From Selaginella moellendorffii (taxonomy: Eukaryota; Plantae; Lycopodiophyta): a DNA stretch of 11,221 nucleotides. Numbering within the stretch: position 1 is the first letter of the stretch; every line of letters starts with the position of its first letter. Made by a program: the position numbers and the translations under genes. This document shows, piece by piece, positions 1-7,478 of the stretch. The stretch spans positions 1 through 11,221 of the forward strand of contig NW_003314577.1 of assembly GCF_000143415.4 (NCBI RefSeq), in the 5' to 3' direction. Under the pieces are notes generated by a model. That model made no database searches. It was not told the DNA's origin and saw only the letters and a list, made by a program, of their open reading frames with translations.

Positions 1-809
1 ATTTGGTTGCGTTTAGTCATAGTGTTGGATTCATTGAGTCTTGGATGTGGTGATCACTCCTTGAGGAAGTGTTATCTATAACTGAGTTTTGCTAAAGGAT
101 TGGTCTCAGATACTGACTAAAGTATCTTCGATTTTGGTTAACTTGGTTGCTAAAGAGTTTTGAGTGGTGATTCACTTTTGCTTTCTTCTAGCTTTGTTAT
201 AGTGTTGATGGTATTAAAGTGATGCCTTGTTGTTGACATTGTTGATGTTGAGATTCAAGTGAGATGAGATGTCTCTCTATAAGATTGATATTGAGTTTCA
301 TTAGTCTTAATAGAGATAGTGTTGATGATTTGGTTGTAACTTTGTGTTATTAGCATTCGTGCATTTGCTAGTTAGCAACTGTGTTGACGTTCAAACGAGC
401 GGAGTGGCAAGTTTGAGTTAGTTGTGTTCTAAACGAGGTTATTTAGTAGGGGTTGAGCTTCAGCTTTTCCTTGAAAAGTGATTTAGTCGTGGATAACACT
501 AACTTTACGAGATGAAGAGTTAGTGATTGATATTGGAATATTTGAATCTTTATTGGATTTGAGTTGGAATATATCGATCATTGATGATTCTTCTTGTGCT
601 TGTTATGAAGTGAGTTACGTCTTGTTATAGATGGATTCATGAAGGATCGTTTGATGATCACTTATTAAGCACTTCGTTATGCTTAGTCTTTGGATTGATG
701 CAGACATACTCTTCAATAGCTTTGGCATTATGAAGTTTAACTTGGATATGTTAAGAAAGATATTGTGGGTTGTACCATGTTTTCTTCTTTAGCATTGAAG
801 TTAATTCAT

Positions 810-2265
810 GTGAGATTTATGATCATTGTTCAGCAACACTTGGCTATAGACTTCTTCGAGCTTTTGGTTCTTTGAGTTTTCATGCTCATTATTTCATTTG
901 CTAGAAGTTGTTGGGGAAAGCATTTTTGCTCATTAGCTTCAATGTTGAAGTTGGTTTTTGCATCTAGCAATCATTGGTGATAATTGATTATCATCTAAGG
1001 TAGTTGATTATCCTTATTAAAGGTTTTGCTTGATTATTGTTGGTCTGGAATTATTTGCTATTCTTTTCGACGATGATTATACATTATTGCATTGATGGGA
1101 TGATTAACAATCTTTCATGATAGTTAGTTGTTCTCTTTGATGGTTTTTGGTTTTTCACAATACCATATGTTCTTTGTAGTTTGCTCTAGATTGGTCTCTT
1201 GGGTTTGAGACATCGATAGGATGTTGTTGACACTTATTGAGGCAACTTGAGTTCCTTGGAGTCATTGACCGGGATTTATTTGGATTGGCTCGTATGATAG
1301 TTAATATGACCGAGTGTTTGTTAGCCATGCAACATTCATTCTATTCTGTTGATTATTGCTCGAGTTTGTTCTGATAGATTGGAATGTTATTTCTTCCAGG
1401 TGATACATTCACGAGCATTTTGCTTGCTTGTCGATGATACTTGGTGTTCTTTGAGTTCCCTTTTCTAAGTTGTTTGGCATTCTATCTGCAATCTTTGATA
1501 GTTAAGTTTGGTCATTGAGTTTTCTTGATAATACACTTGCTATTGAATTTTGTTGGATAGTGATTCTTATGTTTTCCAACTATCGTGATCTTGGTGGTTC
1601 CTATGCTATAATATTCGTTTCTCGGATGATAACTTACTTGGAATACTTTTGTGTTCTAATATAAGCTTTATTCACTGATAATTAAGACTCTAAGATATCA
1701 TTGTCTATGACTTTGATATTGTACATCTATTGCTCTTTGAGTTTGGGCCAGTAATGGGTAGACTGGCTTCGGCACTTCATGTGCATGTTGAAATCTTTAG
1801 TCATGGGGTAGCTACTGTCAACTGGTCACATAACCCGCCTCTCTGTCGATGTTCCTTATTCGGTTAAAAGGGCGTGACCGTGTAAACAACTCTAACTACC
1901 TGTTTACAGTAGTCTATCTAAACCTTACCGACGGGTTTGGTTTCTTTGCTCAAGAGGGTTGGGGCCTCTGGCTTCTCTCTCTATGTCCCTACGGGCAGGG
2001 GCGTATCACACTTTTGTAAGCTGGATAACAACCAGAGTAGCAAGGGTGGCTAACTCTGTTGGTGATTTCCTTGTCGGCGACGGCCGGAAGGTGTCTAAGC
2101 TGGTAGCGCGCGTTAGACAAAGAGGTTGCCTCCTCACTCATTTAAGTTGGTGCATTTCTCACATAGTGTGAATACCGTGAACTTTTTCTGGAGTTGTTTC
2201 CTTGGCGGTATTCTAGACTCAAGTATGCATCGACGAGGACATCGATCTTCCCTAGGGGGGGAGAG
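810..2265 (+). pseudogene. Heavily eroded gypsy pol relic (RNase H/integrase region); probably extends to position 1
   Basis: Colinear frame-broken traces of integrase motifs: CCT TGG (PW, 1254), GAT-TT-ATT..GGA TTG GCT CGT (DFIxGLPR-like, 1273-1293), TAT GAT AGT (YDS), GAC CGA (DR, 1308), TCT GAT AGA (SDR, 1370), TTC ACG AGC (FTS, 1408), AFYLQS-DS* (AFHPQSDGQ-like, 1477-1505), CYN (~1604-1612, ~33 codons later as expected), and VGDFLV...SKLVAR (GPY/F module-like, 2058-2112). An RNase H 'ExxAIVQA'-like trace lies near 812-835. Confidence 0.5.
2254..2265 (+). other. Upstream PPT-like tract at the end of the pol relic
   Basis: gacgaggacatcgatcttccct-AGGGGGGGAGAG-TGTTG matches the usual gypsy 'GAGGAC...GGGGGGAGAG|TGT' pol-end/PPT/LTR junction pattern. 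Confidence 0.55.
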
Positions 2266-2830
2266 TGTTGTGAATGTGACTTCAGGTATCGAAAGTTACC
2301 TGTCGGCCAGTCCTTATGGACACTCTTACCTTGGAGGTCGGTATTGCTGGACCCGTTATTAGTCTCCGCCTAAGCTAGTTGAGAAACTGGTCATCACATG
2401 TGCACTTAGACTGGAAGGGCACTAAGGAAGGAAATCCTAAATTGTCATTTAGTCAAGCAGACTTGACATGGTGATGAGAAACTCATGGTGTTGACTTGCA
2501 CTTGCTAGTGTTGAGAACCCTCGCGATATTGAGCTTGGTCCCTCAATATCGCTAGATGATAACTTACTGTGTCTGCCAAACACCCTCGCTATCATGCCTT
2601 TAGCGTTAGTCTCAATTCGGTCCCAAATGCTATTTATAGAAAGTGTCCAGATTTGCTCATTTGGCATATCTACGGAATGTAGAGATTGTTCTGAACACAA
2701 CGGTGTTCGTCCCGTGTCCAAATTCGCAATCTAAGGACATTCCATATTTAGTAAGTTTGGAGCTTGTCCCAGAGACTAACTCCTAATACTAAGGGAAGCT
2801 TGGGGTGAAAGCCAAAAGCGTGCGTTCCTC

Positions 2831-2856
2831 AAGGGGGCGGGGGGGGGGGGGGGGGA
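2831..2856 (+). other. Polypurine tract (PPT) with long G run
   Basis: ctc-AAGGGGGC-G17-A immediately followed by TGTGG, i.e. a typical 'TCAAGGGGG...ATGT' junction. Confidence 0.75.
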
Positions 2857-3411
2857 TGTGGGGGGTTCCAAATGTATAGTAGAGATAGTGGGTAGGTCGG
2901 GCATGGCCGACCAACCTAAGGCATAGTGTAGCTCCCGCTTGCGTGCTTATCCTTGTTCTGCGTCTGGCTTGGGTCTAAGCCCAAGTTCCATTCCATGCTA
3001 GCTGGTGGAGTACCCATGTCCTCGCGTTAGGCCACCGGTATGTCGAAATAGTGCCAGACTCCATTTGGCTCCGTTTTGCATGTTAGTCCTCGCATTGGGA
3101 TGCTGGTTGCTCCAGGATTGTTCCAAGTTGCTCCAGGCTCCTGTCCCTTCGCTCCTTGGGCTGTATGCTCGGGAGTTGCTCTGTGGTTTGGTTCCATGAC
3201 TCCTTGGCTCCATTCTTGGGAGTTTGGTACCGTTCCTTCGTTCAGTGGCCCAAGGCCTTGAACCTCGGGTTCCGCACCACTGTCCTTTGGACACATGGTA
3301 TATGACACATGGCATGTGTCACGTGGCATAAAGAGGGTTTAGGTTCCGCTTCATGGTGTTATCCTATGATAAATCGCCATAGGATAAAGGGTCAAAACCA
3401 CGTGTGTTACA
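2857..3411 (+). repeat. 3' long terminal repeat (555 bp)
   Basis: Starts TGT after the PPT and ends TGTTACA. GC-richer than its flank, with internal repeats (GTTGCTCCAGG at 3106 and 3127). The next 5 bp (GATTG, 3412-3416) would be the TSD. Confidence 0.7.
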
Positions 3412-3420
3412 GATTGATCC

Positions 3421-3726
3421 ACTCATAATCATGTCTACTCACTAGTTGTCACAAATGAGTAATCATTACTTATATTCACATAATGCAATTAAGAGTCTTT
3501 ATTTCAATGTTACTAGTTACTGACTAACTCACTAATACTTACTCGGCTAACAAATATTTTTTGATACCTGAAGTAACATTTGTGACAACTAGTGAGTAAT
3601 CATTATGTATATGAGTGAGTAATCAGTAACTAATAGCAAGTGAGTTAATTCATGAGTAATCATACTCATTAATTGTCATGAATGTGACTTTGGGTATCAA
3701 AGATATTTGTTAGCCGGTTAGTATAG
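3421..3726. repeat. Fold-back / MITE-like inverted-repeat array
   Basis: Perfect 22-bp IR at 3436-3457 / 3577-3598. Imperfect ~55-bp IR at 3544-3598 / 3663-3716 (outer 14 bp CGGCTAACAAATAT perfect). GAGTAATCA occurs at 3457, 3594, 3617 and 3654. Confidence 0.8.
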
Positions 3727-3992
3727 TTGATTCCCTTTATAGTTCTCATTTGAGTTAGTTGAGAAATTAGTTAATGCATGTGCATTTAAATTGGATAAAC
3801 ATAAGATTAAAACCTTTATGTGTTTTTTGTTGAGCATACTTGGCTTGGTTTGAGAAACTTGTGTAATTGGTTTGCACTTGTTAATATCAAGAACCTTCAC
3901 AATATTGAGTTTAGTCCTTTAATATCATTATATGATAGCTTACCAAGGTCAAAGTTATATTTATGAACCATATAATCATTGTCATTTGCTAC

Positions 3993-4078
3993 TGGAACTT
4001 AATCTAAATCCTAAATATCTGATGATGGAATTAGAGTTTGATCCTAGCCATTTTGTGGTGGAATGTGAGTTTGATCTA
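3993..4078. repeat. Degenerate 33-bp tandem repeat (~3 copies)
   Basis: GGAA..........ATC units start at 3994, 4027 and 4060 (period 33). On - they read DQTHIPPQNG* / DQTLIPSSDI* / DLD*VPVANDN. Confidence 0.6.
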
Positions 4079-4502
4079 AAGCTTCCTTATCCTCCTTTCC
4101 ATTGTTACTTATATTGCTATTGTTGCCAGCATTTACAACTTCTTTTTGCTCTAGTGTAAAGGTTTTTTTCCTTAGGAGCTCAAATTCCCAAGGACATTTT
4201 ATCTTTTGTGTTTTTGAAACTTTCGTAAATATTGTTGGGTACATTCCTCCATCCTTTACACCCAGTCGAGTGCAAACTAGTACCTCATGTGGTATGCCTT
4301 TATATCAAACTGTAAACAATATATTTAGGAAAGATTTTGGAAATCTTGTTATACCTCTAAGTTGCATATTGTATAAAATAAAGTTGGATTATATTGGCAA
4401 TCATAAGTTGTTGTGCTTGTAGACTTCTCTGGCAACCACCCTCTTCGATCCCTTCCAATGATATGTTAATAATGTAGGTATCAAAGGATATGAATGTGCC
4501 AT
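4044..4502 (-). pseudogene. Decayed ORF of unknown function (~152 codons)
   Basis: The ATG at 4502 is in frame with ORF 4044-4244 and has only 3 internal stops (TGA 4403, TAA 4391, TGA 4307): MAHSYPLIPTLLTYHWKGSKRVVAREVYKHNNL*LPI*SNFILYNMQLRGITRFPKSFLNILFTV*YKGIPHEVLVCTRLGVKDGGMYPTIF... Confidence 0.4.
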
Positions 4503-4561
4503 TTGGATTGTCACTAATATGCAGTGTTAAGAACTTCTCACTTTCGTCAATAGTTTGTATG

Positions 4562-4598
4562 ATGTTATTATGTTACAAGAAATGTTATTATGTTACAA
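4562..4598. repeat. Short direct duplication (ATGTTATTATGTTACAA x2, period 20)
   Basis: Seen directly, at the boundary into very AT-rich DNA. Confidence 0.8.
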
Positions 4599-5074
4599 AC
4601 TAATTTATTTTTCTATTTAGAGAAATTTTTGATGATATAAATATCTAAAACATACACATACTTGAGGAAATTTTTAAAATGTCATTAGTTTTGGAGGATT
4701 TTTATAATAAAAATAAATTTTGTAAATCATATTTAATCTTCAAGAGTAGAGTTTTCTACAATACTCATATTAAAATTAATATAAACCATACCTGTAAATA
4801 TTATTTTTATAAATGTTTTGATAAATAGTTGTTATACTTGTGTTAGATGTCAACATAACAAGAGGAGTTATTGAATGATTAATAATCCTACGTTAATTAT
4901 TAGCATATATTATAATATGTTATGGTAATACATTTATCATGTATATGGTGTATTATCATATATCTATATATGTTAACATATATCATACCTATATATATTT
5001 GGGTATATATATCGGTCATAAATATATATTATAATATATATTCAGTTTCATTATATTGGATGCGTGAAGGTGTT

Positions 5075-5745
5075 GATTTCTTTTGTATGAGCTCTCTAAA
5101 ATGTCCTCGGTGTGTTGTACCACATAGCAAGTCATGAATCAGCAATGGAAACTGAAAGTTATCGACTATGAGAACGCATCCATCATGACAACATTGACTT
5201 TGAGTCTCTTTTTTAAAAAGAAAAGTTTTACAATATACACAATGTTTATCCATAGCTCCTATATAATCTGTCTCGCAGTGACCATTGTTGTTGAATTGCA
5301 GTAATCCCATATGTATACTTGGTTGCTGAACTATTATCTCCTCATTCTCTGTACACGTTCTTTCATGTGCAAATTCAGTTATATTATTTGCATTTGTTTC
5401 TTGTTCATTCAAAGTGTGAATTCCAATATTCATACTTGGCATGTCTCTTGTGTAGGTGTTTGCTGTGAATGCATTGCAGTTCTAATCACTCCTTCTGATG
5501 CCTGATTCCTCCTCCTTCTTAGTGTATCTTTTTAAAACTGCTAATTTTCTTCTTTATTTATGTGGTCACCTACCTACGTCCTAGGGTTTGTACAGAATAC
5601 CTGTTTCTTTCATTACAACTTCTAGTCTTTCTTTAGCCTTCCTTCTCTTCCTTTTGTTTTGTTGATTTTCTGTTTCTGTGGTAGTGTGTTTCCTCTTTGT
5701 AATTTTTATATCTACCAGAAACATACCTTCTAATCCTCTCTCCAT
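5075..5745 (-). pseudogene. Helitron Rep/Helicase, N-terminal fragment only (truncated)
   Basis: ORF 5029-5442 contains IGAMDKHCVYCKTFLFKKETQSQCCHDGCVLI...FPLLIHDLL...HFRELIQK. This is the characteristic Helitron N-terminal motif G-x-M-x3-CxxC-A-x-(W/F)-xx-E...CCxxGKV-L...P-xx-L-xx-L...F-xxx-IRxYN. A K/R/E-rich degenerate leader starts at ATG 5745. Similarity stops before the Rep (HUH) domain. Confidence 0.85.
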
Positions 5746-5880
5746 TTTATTTCTCTTTCTTGACCTAGAAATAACTAACTATTTGGCCTAAAGAACCCTC
5801 GCTTAGAATTAATCTCTTATTATTTATGCAAGGCTCCGATGCAAACTAAACCAGAATTCATACAAATTTAAATTTAAAAC

Positions 5881-6106
5881 CTGGAGAAGGTGTGCAATTG
5901 TTGCAGTGCGAAGTGGTGGGATCAGTTCAGGTGAAGGGGATGTCATAAATTTCATTGTTTGAAAGTCAAGAAAAGCCACAGAGGCTACAACAGGCAGAAT
6001 AATGTAACTATCTAGCTATGTATTACAAAAAGAAAATGTCATACTACACCTTATAGTTTCTTATTCCCTGGACATTCTTCACATACTGTTCGTAAGATTC
6101 CAAGAG
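5881..6106 (-). pseudogene. Captured two-exon fragment of an unidentified host gene
   Basis: Structure: cag|exon 6106-6045|gtatga...60-nt intron...tag|exon 5984-5881|gt. Phases are compatible (2+1), giving LLESYEQYVKNVQGIRNYKVYLCGFS*LSNNEIYDIPFT*TDPTTSHCNNCTPSP with two TGA stops. Confidence 0.65.
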
Positions 6107-6162
6107 CTGTAATTTCACATAAGTTGGCTACCATAAACATGAAAGAAGCAGAAAAAGTGAAA

Positions 6163-6295
6163 AGGAAAAGCTGCTTCCAACCTCTGCTTTGCTTCCTTGA
6201 TCATCTCAAAGCTCCTGGCAGACATGAAGTGACAATTTTTCCACTTTAGTTCCATCAGTGGGAGTTGAGTCAAGAAGAATCGATCCATCATAGCC
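6163..6295 (-). pseudogene. Captured class III (secretory) peroxidase exon-2 fragment
   Basis: ttccag|GYDGSILLDSTPTDGTKVEK, then a frameshift, then FMSARSFEMIKEAKQRLEAAFP. This matches the peroxidase consensus GCD(G/A)SILLD...EK...NS(A/L)RGF(E/D)VI(D)xAKxxLExxCP, and the acceptor is at the conserved intron-1 position before GCD. Confidence 0.9.
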
Positions 6296-6368
6296 CTGGA
6301 ACAGCAAGGTCCCCCGCGATTGCCAATGCCTGGGATAATCCAGCTCTGATTGATTTAGAAGGAAACCT

Positions 6369-6390
6369 TTATTATTATTATTATTATTAT
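6369..6390. repeat. (TTA)n microsatellite, ~7 units
   Basis: Seen directly, at the edge of the captured block. Confidence 0.9.
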
Positions 6391-6620
6391 GATTTATATC
6401 TTGAAGTGGATATGGTTTGTAATCCCATATTTAATTAATCGTATATAAGTGTAGTTAACATTCAACTATTGTACAATGATAGTTTCTATGGTTTATGTCA
6501 TATTTGATGAGTTTTGACTTTACAACACAATCATCCATAAACTCATCGCTTGCTAATAAATCAACCACAGTACTTTTACATAGACATCTTGTGATAGCAG
6601 AAAGTATAATGAGCATGGGC

Positions 6621-7240
6621 TCACTGTTCCTTTGCAATATGGATGTTTTTTACTGGAGTGGATGATGCAAACGCTATTATATCATCAGATTCTCCCAATA
6701 AGAAACTGCCATGTGGTGGATTCATTATCATTTTCTTCTTTGTTTTGGTGGAGTTTTTGTTCCAGCAAGTTAAAAATGGAGACTTGAACTTGTATAAAAC
6801 ATCCAACATATAAGATGGAATGCCCACATTTTTGTTTGTCTCCTGCATGTGTAATATGCCTTTCAATGATAGAAGTTGTTTTACTGGACCAACATAATTG
6901 CAAGAAGAACATGCAGCCATGTCTTTATCAATTCACCGTGTAACACTCGTGCTACATGAACTACAGACAGTGTGGATTAACATGGGTCATAGCTTATCAA
7001 TTTCGAACCATCCGGGTACCTATAAATTAAGTTTAAAAACAATTAAGAAAAACTTATTTTTTTGTTTGTATTTACCCCAGTACAGCTAGTACCCAAAATC
7101 TTCCCATGGAATCTCAACAACCTCGAGAGAATCATCCTCTTCATCCATCTTGCATGCTTGCCAGTTTCTAATATTCTAACCTGTTGTCCACACTCTTCAA
7201 GATCAGTTTTCTTCCTATTCAACTATGAGCCAGTTGACAT
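6621..7240 (-). pseudogene. Small zinc-ribbon protein gene, probably RPA DBD-C-like OB fold; decayed
   Basis: Exon from tag|7019 reads VPGWFEIDKL*PMLIHTVCSSCSTSVTR*IDKDMAACSSCNYVGPVKQLLSLKGILHMQ...EQ* (CxxC-x14-CxxC; TGA at 6989 and 6935). A probable upstream exon at 7240-7076 has a GT donor at 7075 (56-nt intron); its frame is uncertain. Confidence 0.6.
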
Positions 7241-7478
7241 TTTTTGATAGAATTATAATTAATATATTATAACCACATAAATTGTTGGCTTTCAAATTAA
7301 ACGACAGGGATAAAGTCGAACGTTAGAGCTTTTAATCATTCATCAACTTCTACACAACATTAGTTCTGAAAGCTCCAACTTGGCTTATATTTAGAAACCT
7401 GATACCACACACAACAAATTATAAAACGAAAGTAGAAAGAAATAAAACATACTTTTGTTTTCTCTCACATTTTTTCTT

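Larger units (their letters stand above)
1..3411 (+). mobile_element. 3' portion of a Ty3/gypsy-type LTR retrotransposon (5' part lies outside the window)
   Basis: Polypurine tract (2831-2856) directly followed by TG, ending in ...GTGTGTTACA at 3411 with an abrupt switch to AT-rich sequence. Degenerate integrase motifs lie upstream on the + strand. Confidence 0.8.

Noticed and set aside
1100-1780. Possible antisense ORF in the retroelement, suggested by A/C-rich minus strand
   Set aside because: The two minus frames I translated have frequent stops and no motifs; a + strand pol relic explains the region better.
1998-2010. GGGGCGTATCACA resembling an LTR 3' end
   Set aside because: No primer-binding site follows, and integrase-like traces continue downstream.
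2449-2721. 90-aa minus-strand ORF
   Set aside because: No recognisable domain; it lies in the non-coding inter-PPT region of the retroelement.
2998-3329. Four overlapping ORFs of 61-105 aa
   Set aside because: They lie inside the GC-richer, internally repetitive LTR and show no recognisable domain; likely spurious.
3421-3726. CRISPR-like array
   Set aside because: Repeats are short, mostly inverted and irregularly spaced; the context is eukaryotic with no cas genes.
3932-5505. Plus-strand ORFs 3932-4159, 4102-4422, 4922-5137 and 5311-5505
   Set aside because: Antisense shadows of minus-strand frames or low-complexity AT-rich translations.
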